The notes beneath the pieces were generated by a model that did not search any database, was not told the DNA's origin, and was given only the letters and a program-made list of their open reading frames with translations. The translations under genes were made by a program, and so were the position numbers. From contig JAKSVT010000005.1 in the NCBI GenBank assembly GCA_024407875.1, positions 1,474-65,473 of the forward strand: 64,000 nucleotides of DNA, read 5' to 3'. Positions within the stretch are counted from its first letter, which is position 1, and every line of letters starts with the position of its first letter. Source of the DNA: Alphaproteobacteria bacterium (GTDB lineage: Bacteria > Pseudomonadota > Alphaproteobacteria > CAAGCB01 > CAG-977). Shown here piece after piece: positions 20,874 to 29,225 of this stretch.

Positions 20874-21362
20874 ATGGCAAAAAAATCTGAAGAAAAAATA
20901 GAACAAAAACCACAAAATACTCAACAAATTAATATATTAGGCCAATACATAAAAGACGTTTCTTTTGAAGCTCCTAATACACCTGCTCTTTTTAAAGAAA
21001 TGAAAAAAGCTCCTGAAGTTTCTGTAAATGTTGATTTACAAGCTTCAAAACAAGAAGAAGATATTTATGAAGTTACTCTTCATGTTCGTACAGAAGCAAA
21101 AATCGATGATAAAGTTTGTTTCTTATGCGAAGTAACTTATGGTGCATTATCTAAAGTTATTTGCGATCCAAAAGTATTAGAACCTATTTTGTTAATTGAA
21201 ATTCCTCGTATGTTATTCCCATTTGTACGTAACATTATTGGCGATATGACACGTGAAAGCGGCTTCCCTCCATTATGGATTAATCCAATTGACTTCGTAG
21301 GAATGTACAATCAACGTGCTGAACAATTAGCTAAAAGAGCTAAAGAAGAAGCAAAAGCTTAA
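20874..21362 (+). CDS. secB: protein-export chaperone SecB
   Basis: INILGQYIKDVSFEAPN...FPPLWINPIDFVGMY. GGAGA sits 8 nt upstream of ATG 20874; the tracked ORF starts at 20859. Confidence 0.93.
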   Translation: MAKKSEEKIEQKPQNTQQINILGQYIKDVSFEAPNTPALFKEMKKAPEVSVNVDLQASKQEEDIYEVTLHVRTEAKIDDKVCFLCEVTYGALSKVICDPKVLEPILLIEIPRMLFPFVRNIIGDMTRESGFPPLWINPIDFVGMYNQRAEQLAKRAKEEAKA

Positions 21363-21373
21363 TTAAAATTAAA

Positions 21374-21405
21374 GAGAGGATATTTTAAAAATCCTCCCTT
21401 TTTTT
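21374..21405. terminator. intrinsic terminator between secB and the autotransporter gene
   Basis: gagaggat...atcctc(c)c hairpin followed by ctttttttt. Confidence 0.6.
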
Positions 21406-21418
21406 ATATATATTCTTT

Positions 21419-23710
21419 TTAGAAATCGTATCTTACAGAGACTGTTCCTGTATGATTTTGATAATGTTGTCTATATTCACCATTATAATCTAAAGATACA
21501 TTCCAATTATTAGTTAATTTAGCATCAGCACCTAAAGATAATTCTGTTCCAAAGCGTTTTAATCTTCCATCTTCGCTCATTAATTTTGTGTTAGCTGATG
21601 AAATTACTACTTTGTTATTATCTGATTTTACATCATAGATAAATCCAAGTGATGCTTTTGGTTTAACTTCTTTACCATTTACATTATAAGTATCGTTCCA
21701 TCCTAATTGAACTACTGCTGTTAATGTATTTGAATCTTTAGATTTAATCTTTGTATCATCTTCATGATATGACTTTTGTTCAACTCTTACATAACGTAAA
21801 CCAGCAGCAGGTATTAATTTACCAACTTTTGAACTCATTTCATATCCTGCTAAAGCATCCATTGAATAGAAATTAGATTTAATATCTTTATCACTGCCTT
21901 TTGGATCTGCTTTACTAAAACCATAACCTAATGAACCATTTATGAACATTTCATTTGGTTTATATTGTCCATATGCATAAAATGCGTGTGTATCTATATT
22001 AGTTTTAGATCCACTAGATTTCATATTTGATTTTGTGTAAGCATATGCTAAACCAGCAATTACATTATCTGTAACTTCTGTATCAGCACCTATTAAAACT
22101 CCTTCAGAATGGCCTTTAAATCCTACTGATGCTGATGATTTTTCACGGTCAACTTTACTATAAATTGCTTGTGCCCATAAACCTAACTTAGAATCTTCAT
22201 CACCACCGCTTTGACCTTTTTTAACATTACTATTATTAGATGATGGTGTCGAACTATTTCCTAAATTTGCAAAACGTCCTCTTAATGATGTATTTACCGC
22301 TGTATTTGTTGAATTAAGAGCATTGTTTACACCAGAAAAAACACCTTTAACAATTTCTTCTTCAATATCATTTTGTAGTAATTCTTGTTTTAAAAACGTA
22401 AATTGTCCTGTTGTCTTATCATATAAAACTGTATAAGTAAAACCGCCTAAATTATAAGAAGAAGGACCTGTATAATCTGTATATGCCAATAATGATTGAT
22501 TATTACTAAATGTTATAGTCGTTTCATCTTGTGAAGCTTCAGAAATTAAATTTAAACCAACAATATTCAAACTCCCATTTTCGCTTATTGTAATTGCATC
22601 ATCGAATCTGTCAATTTCTTGTGTTGCTAAATTTACATCAACATACAGAAGAGATTTTGATCCACTTTTAAGTGTTAATTTTTCAATATATGATGGTAGT
22701 ATTTTAACAGCTCTTCGATCACGTAAATCTAAAGTAGATCCATTTAAAACAACATTATTTATTATTCCCTCAATATCATATTCTTTTAATTTCCAAGTTG
22801 CTCCATTAGAAAAATTTAAATTAAGACTTGCATTATTATATATTTTTCCTGAAAGTATAGTATTAGTAAAATTAACTGTCGTTATTGCACCAACCGAAGT
22901 AGAATAAATACTGAAAGCATTACCACTATTAGCTGTATTTATAGCACTTATAGCTTGTCCTCCATTACCATTAAAAGATACCTCTAATGTACTATTATCA
23001 TTAAATATACCATAAGCAATACTACCTTCTGAATATGTTTTCGCGGAAATACTTCCTAAATTAGAAACTGTTGCTTTTCCTCCATTATTTAAATTTATAC
23101 CATAAGCATTACCAGTTTGACTTTCAACTGTAATAGAATTTTTGTTTTCAAAAGTAATTTCATTATTTCCAGAATTTGAAACTGCAATACCAATAGCTTC
23201 ATATTGACTAAGATATTCAACAGGTGTATTTATTGATTTAACAATAATATTTCCAAGACGTTTAATACTAGACGCATTTCCTCCAGAACTCTCCAATATA
23301 ATGCCTCCAGCATTTAATATAGAACTAATATCAATTCCTTCTAAAAGAGAAGTAGCCTCAACATGAAAACCTATTCCTGTAGAAAATATACCATAAACAT
23401 TATTAATAGAAAGACCATTAGTTTTAATTATAGAAACATCATTACCAAGTATTTTATTTTCTTTATCTCCACTAGTAAGATCATAAGTATACACACCAAT
23501 CCAATTTTGATGGCTATAAGTATTTTCTCCATTATTATATGTTGTAGAACCATCTGTAATATTAATTACAATAGGAGATGATGTTGTTTCAGCTAAAGCA
23601 TTACTACTATATAGCAAACCAAAAGCAACTGCATTCAACATTGCACATTTAATTAAAATAGCACGATACTTTTTTGATAATTCTTTAATAGCAGTTTTCG
23701 TAATCTTCAT
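21419..23710 (-). CDS. autotransporter (type Va) outer-membrane protein
   Basis: 763 aa. Signal-like N-terminus, Gly/Asn/Ser/Thr-rich repetitive passenger, C-terminal ~270-aa barrel with alternating pattern ending VSVRYDF. Confidence 0.8.
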   Translation of the reverse strand: MKITKTAIKELSKKYRAILIKCAMLNAVAFGLLYSSNALAETTSSPIVINITDGSTTYNNGENTYSHQNWIGVYTYDLTSGDKENKILGNDVSIIKTNGLSINNVYGIFSTGIGFHVEATSLLEGIDISSILNAGGIILESSGGNASSIKRLGNIIVKSINTPVEYLSQYEAIGIAVSNSGNNEITFENKNSITVESQTGNAYGINLNNGGKATVSNLGSISAKTYSEGSIAYGIFNDNSTLEVSFNGNGGQAISAINTANSGNAFSIYSTSVGAITTVNFTNTILSGKIYNNASLNLNFSNGATWKLKEYDIEGIINNVVLNGSTLDLRDRRAVKILPSYIEKLTLKSGSKSLLYVDVNLATQEIDRFDDAITISENGSLNIVGLNLISEASQDETTITFSNNQSLLAYTDYTGPSSYNLGGFTYTVLYDKTTGQFTFLKQELLQNDIEEEIVKGVFSGVNNALNSTNTAVNTSLRGRFANLGNSSTPSSNNSNVKKGQSGGDEDSKLGLWAQAIYSKVDREKSSASVGFKGHSEGVLIGADTEVTDNVIAGLAYAYTKSNMKSSGSKTNIDTHAFYAYGQYKPNEMFINGSLGYGFSKADPKGSDKDIKSNFYSMDALAGYEMSSKVGKLIPAAGLRYVRVEQKSYHEDDTKIKSKDSNTLTAVVQLGWNDTYNVNGKEVKPKASLGFIYDVKSDNNKVVISSANTKLMSEDGRLKRFGTELSLGADAKLTNNWNVSLDYNGEYRQHYQNHTGTVSVRYDF

Positions 23711-23796
23711 TTATAAGTTTCCTAATATAGAGAATATTAAAAGATAGGGAATTCTCGTTTATTTTTACTATTTTTTCAAGATATAAAGTAATTAAA

Positions 23797-23837
23797 ACTA
23801 AAATTAATGGCATATTCTTATAAAAATATGCCATTAA
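23797..23837 (-). terminator. intrinsic terminator downstream of the glutamate dehydrogenase gene
   Basis: ttaatggcatat/atatgccattaa 12-bp stem followed on the minus strand by TTTTAGTTTT. Confidence 0.7.
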
Positions 23838-23865
23838 CTTAATTATTATTTAAAATATAAAAATT

Positions 23866-26154
23866 TTATGCCTTTAAAGCTTCAAATTTTTCATTTGGTT
23901 TTGTAGCTAATTTCTTAGCTTCTTCATCTATTGAACCATCTAACCCAGTTCTCAAAACTGTAGCTGTCATATTTTCTAATTCAACAATAACCTTACGATA
24001 TAAATCCATACGTGTTGCTTCATCAACATTTTTAGTTTCAATTGCTCTATATACAGTTTCTGTATCATAAGCTTTCTTAACAACTAAATATGCTTTAACA
24101 ATATCAACAACTGGAGCTTCAATATCTTTGCGTACACTTGAAATAAAGTTTACACCCACTCTGTTAACAAAATTGTTAACAACTACTGTACCAATAATTT
24201 CACGACGTAAACGATGAGCTAACATTTCTTTCTTCCAATCTTTAACCATTGATTTAGGGAAGTAAGAAATTAATTGTTCTTCTAATGATGTATCATCAAA
24301 TAAGTCACTATTTAATAAGTGATCAAATAATGTCAATTTTGAATATGCCATCAATACACATAATTCTGAACGAGTTAAGCCAATACCTTTTGTAAAGCGC
24401 TTATCCATTTCTGCATCTGTTGGTAAGAATTCTAATGCACGATCAAGTTTTTCTTCTTTTTCTAATACGTTCATTAATTTTTTATTACCAGGAATACTCT
24501 TTGCACCACGATGATACATATAAGAAATTACTTGTGTTTGATAGAAGTTATCGCTCAATACTAATTCAGCAATTTCATCTTTTAAACCACTTAAAATTTG
24601 ATTACGTTGTTCATTTGTAATCTTTCCAGCTTGAACAGCTTCGTTCAACATAATCTTTAAGTTAACTTCATGGTCAGAACAGTCAACACCAGCTGAGTTA
24701 TCTACAGCATCTGTGTTTAATTTAATTCCTAACAAACCACATTCTACACGGCCTCTTTGTGTCATGCCAAGGTTTGCACCTTCACCAATGATTTTTGCTC
24801 TAACATCTGTACCATTAATACGAATTGCAGCATTAGCAGCATCTTTAACATCCATTGGATTTTCATCTGATGCTTTAATATATGTTCCAATACCACCAAA
24901 GAATATCAAATCTACTTGTGCTGTTAAAATAGCATGAATCAATTCGTTAGGTGTTACTTCTGATTTTGTTAAGCCAAAGCATTGCATTGCTTCTGGAGAT
25001 AATTTCAAAACTTCATCTTTACGTGAGTAAACTGCACCACCTTTTGATAATTTTGAAGTATCGTAGCAATCCCATTGCTTTTCTGCTTTGAACAAACGTT
25101 GACGTTCTTCAAAACTTACCTTTGGATCTGGATTTGGATCAACAAAAATTTGTGTTCCGTTGAATGCACCAACCAATTTCATTGATTTTGATAATAACAT
25201 AGCGTTTCCGTAAACGTCACCGCTCATATCACCAACACCAACACATGTAAATTCTTCGTCTACTGACTTTCCACATTCCTTGAAATGACGGGCAACACTT
25301 CTCCAAGCACCACGAGCTGTAATAGCCATACCTTTATGACTAAATCCTGCACTGCCACCTGAAGCAAAAGCATCGCCTAACCAGAAATTGTATTCTAATG
25401 AAATAGCATTAGCAATATCTGAGAATGAAGCTGTACCCTTATCAGCAGCAACTACTAAATAAGGATCATTTTCATCATAACGAACTGTATTTTCTGGATT
25501 TACAATCTTTCCTTTTACAAAGTTATCTGTTAAATCCAACATACCACGAATTAATGTCTTATAGCATTCAATAGCATTATCACGAATTTCTTCACGTGTT
25601 CCATTTACAGGAGCATTCTTTGGATAGAAACCTCCCTTTGAACCAACTGGAACAATAACAACGTTCTTTACTTGTTGAGCTTTAACTAAACCTAAAATTT
25701 CTGTTCTAAAGTCATCTTTACGATCTGACCAACGGATACCACCACGAGCAATTTTACCAAAACGTAAGTGAACACCATCCATATCTTTTGAATATACGAA
25801 AATTTCGGCCATTGGACGTGGTTTTGGTAAATGATGAATTTCACCACTCTTTATCTTAAAAGAAACATAATCCTTATCACCTTGGAAATAGTTTGTTCTA
25901 ACTGTGGCTTTTAAGAAAGAATAAACAGCTTTTAAAGCTATATTATTAGGTAAAATTTGATCAATCTTTGCTACTACTGCATCAACATCTCTGTTTTCCA
26001 ATTTTGGATCAAATTTTGTTTTAAAATATTCAATAAATAAGTCAGCAACAGAAGAGTTTTCATTGAATGCTTGTAAAACAGCATCCTTTGTTGCTATTGT
26101 TGTTTGACGAATATAAGATGCAAAAGCATCTAATAAAAATTCGCGTGTTTTCAT
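23866..26154 (-). CDS. NAD-specific glutamate dehydrogenase, large-GDH (Bac_GDH) family, short form
   Basis: VHLRFGKIARGGIRWSDRKDDFRTEILGLVKAQQVKNVVIVPVGSKGGF and downstream catalytic blocks. ATG 26154 (MKTREF...) is the likely start, giving ~762 aa; the tracked ORF extends to 26223. Confidence 0.85.
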   Translation of the reverse strand: MKTREFLLDAFASYIRQTTIATKDAVLQAFNENSSVADLFIEYFKTKFDPKLENRDVDAVVAKIDQILPNNIALKAVYSFLKATVRTNYFQGDKDYVSFKIKSGEIHHLPKPRPMAEIFVYSKDMDGVHLRFGKIARGGIRWSDRKDDFRTEILGLVKAQQVKNVVIVPVGSKGGFYPKNAPVNGTREEIRDNAIECYKTLIRGMLDLTDNFVKGKIVNPENTVRYDENDPYLVVAADKGTASFSDIANAISLEYNFWLGDAFASGGSAGFSHKGMAITARGAWRSVARHFKECGKSVDEEFTCVGVGDMSGDVYGNAMLLSKSMKLVGAFNGTQIFVDPNPDPKVSFEERQRLFKAEKQWDCYDTSKLSKGGAVYSRKDEVLKLSPEAMQCFGLTKSEVTPNELIHAILTAQVDLIFFGGIGTYIKASDENPMDVKDAANAAIRINGTDVRAKIIGEGANLGMTQRGRVECGLLGIKLNTDAVDNSAGVDCSDHEVNLKIMLNEAVQAGKITNEQRNQILSGLKDEIAELVLSDNFYQTQVISYMYHRGAKSIPGNKKLMNVLEKEEKLDRALEFLPTDAEMDKRFTKGIGLTRSELCVLMAYSKLTLFDHLLNSDLFDDTSLEEQLISYFPKSMVKDWKKEMLAHRLRREIIGTVVVNNFVNRVGVNFISSVRKDIEAPVVDIVKAYLVVKKAYDTETVYRAIETKNVDEATRMDLYRKVIVELENMTATVLRTGLDGSIDEEAKKLATKPNEKFEALKA

Positions 26155-26263
26155 AAAGGTTCCCCTAAAAAATAAAAAAATTTTATGCCACAATTTATAC
26201 CAAGAGCCGTATAACTGCAACATTTTTTGTAATTCAAAAATATTTTTTTTCTATTAAAAATTT

Positions 26264-26309
26264 CAAAAAAAACGGTCTAAACTTCAATTTTGTTTAAACC
26301 GTTTTTTTC
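26264..26309 (-). terminator. intrinsic terminator downstream of the CorC/HlyC-family gene
   Basis: aacggtctaaac...gtttaaaccgtt stem flanked by A/T runs. Confidence 0.65.
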
Positions 26310-26333
26310 TTTTTATTTTTCAAATATATCTAC

Positions 26334-27695
26334 CTATTGAAGACTTCTTTCAATTTCTTCTTCTTGGGCTTGATATTCATCAAGATTTTCTTCTTCTTTT
26401 ACGATAGCTCTAATCTTCTTTACTCTAAAACCATCAACATCAAGAATTTCAAAAAAGCACTGTGGACTTTCAACAGTATCTCCAATTTGAGGCTTTTTAG
26501 CTAATAACTTGAATATGTAAGCACCTATTGTTTCTTCAGCAGATTCACTATCTACACGTAAATTCATAAATTCTGCAGCTTCATCCAACAATGTTGAATC
26601 TAAGAATTCAAAGCTTCCATCATCTTTTTTAACCATTTCAGCTTCTTCATTACCATCGTGTTCATCTTGAATATCACCAACCAATTCTTCAAGAACATCC
26701 TCTAATGATATTAAACCTGAAGTTCCGCCATATTCGTCTGTAACAATAGCTAAGTGAATTCTCTTTGTTTTCATGGTGTGCAAAACATCAGACATAGACA
26801 TGTTTTCTGGAATAAACAATATTTCGCGCAACATTTCTTTGATGTTTTTCTTATCTGTATTCATCAGCATATCACGCAAATGAACCATTCCAACCACATT
26901 ATCTTTATCCTCATCACAAACAGGATAACGCGTAAAATTAGTTTGTTTAACTAAATCAAAGTTTTCTTGATATGAATTTTCCAAAAACAAACATTCCATT
27001 TCTTGTCTTGGAACCATAATTTCACGAGCTGTTTTATCAGAAAAATCTACAGCATTTCTAATAATTTCACTTTCTGTTTTGTCAATTAATCCACTTCTTT
27101 GTGAAGCTCCTGCTATTGACTTAATCTCATCATCATTAATAAAGTTAGTATCATCATCAAAATCTGAAACTTTTGAACCCATTACTTTTGCACATAACTT
27201 TGTTATGAAATCCAAAACAGCTAATATTGGCTTAAATACTAATGTAAATATATAAAAAGGTCTTACAACGAAAGAGAATGGCTTTCCTTCTTGCTTTAAT
27301 GCAAACATTTTAGGCAATAATTCACCAAAAATAATATGGAAAAATGCCATTGATACAAAAATTAAACCTAAGCCTAAAACAGCATCATAAACAGGTCCAA
27401 TATGAGGAAAGTCAATAACATGTACTAAATGTTGTAAGAATGCTATACCTGTTATTCCCCCTAATATTAAAGAAGAAAAAGAAATTCCACATTGAGCAGC
27501 TTCAATATACTTATTTGTATTGTCTACCATCTTTAAAATTAACTTAGATTTTTTATCTTTTTCTGTTTCTAATTCATCTATTGTAGAAAACTTAAATGTT
27601 AACAATGAATGCTCTGCTATAACAAAAAAAGCATTTAACATAACACATAAAAAAGCAATTGCTACTATTAACGATGGTGATAAGTGAGGTAACAT
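26334..27695 (-). CDS. CNNM/CorC/HlyC(TlyC)-family protein (DUF21 + CBS pair + CorC_HlyC)
   Basis: 453 aa. Four N-terminal TM helices, CBS-pair region (REIMVPR...VVGMVHLRD...), C-terminal transporter-associated domain. Confidence 0.88.
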   Translation of the reverse strand: MLPHLSPSLIVAIAFLCVMLNAFFVIAEHSLLTFKFSTIDELETEKDKKSKLILKMVDNTNKYIEAAQCGISFSSLILGGITGIAFLQHLVHVIDFPHIGPVYDAVLGLGLIFVSMAFFHIIFGELLPKMFALKQEGKPFSFVVRPFYIFTLVFKPILAVLDFITKLCAKVMGSKVSDFDDDTNFINDDEIKSIAGASQRSGLIDKTESEIIRNAVDFSDKTAREIMVPRQEMECLFLENSYQENFDLVKQTNFTRYPVCDEDKDNVVGMVHLRDMLMNTDKKNIKEMLREILFIPENMSMSDVLHTMKTKRIHLAIVTDEYGGTSGLISLEDVLEELVGDIQDEHDGNEEAEMVKKDDGSFEFLDSTLLDEAAEFMNLRVDSESAEETIGAYIFKLLAKKPQIGDTVESPQCFFEILDVDGFRVKKIRAIVKEEENLDEYQAQEEEIERSLQ

Positions 27696-27698
27696 TTT

Positions 27699-27863
27699 TT
27701 ATCCATAAACAAAATTAAACGTAAAAAACAAAGGGACATAGAATCCCTTTTTATCAAAAATACTATTATGAAAATTTTTGAAATTAGAAATAACGGACAA
27801 GCTGTTTAAACATAACTTTATATTTAACAGTCGCACGGGTCCAGAGTCAGATGATGTGTTCAT
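27699..27863 (-). CDS. candidate 54-aa leader/small ORF upstream of the CorC-family gene
   Basis: Below the ORF-track size cutoff. GAGGA lies 7 nt upstream of ATG 27863. Translation: MNTSSDSGPVRLLNIKLCLNSLSVISNFKNFHNSIFDKKGFYVPLFFTFNFVYG. Stop TAA is 3 nt before the corC-like ATG. No homology recognised. Confidence 0.3.
   Translation of the reverse strand: MNTSSDSGPVRLLNIKLCLNSLSVISNFKNFHNSIFDKKGFYVPLFFTFNFVYG
27722..27753. terminator. terminator-like hairpin inside the small ORF, 27 nt upstream of the CorC-family start
   Basis: aaaggga-catagaa-tcccttt with T-runs on both strands (minus strand: ...CCCTTTGTTTTTTA). Confidence 0.55.
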
Positions 27864-27941
27864 AATTATTTCCTCTAATATGCTGTTGATTATAATAAAA
27901 ACAAAAACATATTTCCATATAAATTTTAACTTTTATTAAAA

Positions 27942-29225
27942 TTATTTAGCATCAAGGCTTAAAACATTTTCTTTAAATACGTCTCCGCGCTCTTCAAAAT
28001 TTTTATAAACACCATAACTTGGAGCTGCAGGAGAAAGTAAAACAACATCACCAGGTTTTGCCATTGAAAAAGCTCTTACAACAGCTTCTTTCATGTCTTT
28101 AACCTCATAAACAATACCTCCAGCTTCCTCAACTTCTTCACAGATTCTTCTTCCTGTTGGAGGCATTGCTAATACAGGAATATCATTATCTTTTACATAT
28201 TTAGCTAATTCTACGTAGTCTTGTTCTCTATCATGACCACCTGCAAGCAAAATAATATTACATCCTGTATACGATTTCATTGCAGCAATAGCTGTTTCTG
28301 GTGTTGTAGAAATACTATCATCAACATATCTAACACCGTTAATAAAGGCTATCTCTTGTAATCTATGAGGCAACGGCTCAAATGAACGAATATGTGCTTC
28401 ACATTCAGTTAATTCAACACCTAATTCTTTCATTACAGATAATACAGCGCATATATTTTCAATATTATGAGCTCCTTTTAAAGGAAGCATCATTGAGGTA
28501 AATAATTTTTCAGTACCATCATAGAACCATCCATTAAATTCATGAACACCATCCATATTATTATAATGAATTAGGTCTTTCTCTTCTCTAGTATGAAAAG
28601 CTAAAGTTCCATTATTATAATTTACAATAGCTTTTTTACCAGGATCACGAACTCTTAAAATATTCAACTTATCTTTATAATAATTTTCGTGTGTTAAGTG
28701 CCAATCAATATGTTCAGGATACAAATTTAAAACAACTGTTAAATCAAAACCATGAATTAAATCTGTACATTGATAAGAAGACATTTCAACAACAATAACA
28801 TCGTAATCTTCTAAATGCTCTGCTAATTCAATTGCTGGAATTCCAATATTTCCACATAAGCCTACTCTATATCCTAATTCTTTTAATACATGATATATCA
28901 AAGATGATGTGGTTGATTTACCTTTTGTTCCTGTAACACCAATTAAGAAAGGTCTATCTTCAGGCATCATTAAAGCAGCTTCCATGAACAAATTTGTTCC
29001 AGAAGTAAATACTGATCCAAATCTTTTTGCGTTTGAAATTTCGCTACGATAATTGCTAATTCCAGGAGATTTTACAATAACACCACTTAAAGAAGAAACA
29101 GGATCTACTACTGTCTTTACATTATTATTTCTGTGTTCCAAAAATATTTGTACAGCTCGGCCTTCTCTTCCATCTCCCCAAACTGTAATATTCCTATTCT
29201 TTAATTCTTCTAACAGCATCTTCAA
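27942..29225 (-). CDS. MurD-family UDP-MurNAc-L-Ala:glutamate ligase (candidate MurD2)
   Basis: 427 aa. Rossmann-like N-terminus VWGDGREGRA, Mur ligase P-loop GVTGTKGKSTT, C-terminal Mur ligase domain. Not in a dcw cluster; overlaps its upstream partner by 32 nt. Confidence 0.8.
   Translation of the reverse strand: MKMLLEELKNRNITVWGDGREGRAVQIFLEHRNNNVKTVVDPVSSLSGVIVKSPGISNYRSEISNAKRFGSVFTSGTNLFMEAALMMPEDRPFLIGVTGTKGKSTTSSLIYHVLKELGYRVGLCGNIGIPAIELAEHLEDYDVIVVEMSSYQCTDLIHGFDLTVVLNLYPEHIDWHLTHENYYKDKLNILRVRDPGKKAIVNYNNGTLAFHTREEKDLIHYNNMDGVHEFNGWFYDGTEKLFTSMMLPLKGAHNIENICAVLSVMKELGVELTECEAHIRSFEPLPHRLQEIAFINGVRYVDDSISTTPETAIAAMKSYTGCNIILLAGGHDREQDYVELAKYVKDNDIPVLAMPPTGRRICEEVEEAGGIVYEVKDMKEAVVRAFSMAKPGDVVLLSPAAPSYGVYKNFEERGDVFKENVLSLDAK

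Noticed and set aside
27699-27707. Possible oriC next to the TlyC/CorC-like gene, as in Rickettsiales, suggested by the DnaA-box-like TTATCCATA
   Set aside because: There is only one 8/9 box, no cluster of boxes, and no clear CtrA (TTAA-N7-TTAA) or IHF sites. hemE is not adjacent. Evidence is insufficient.
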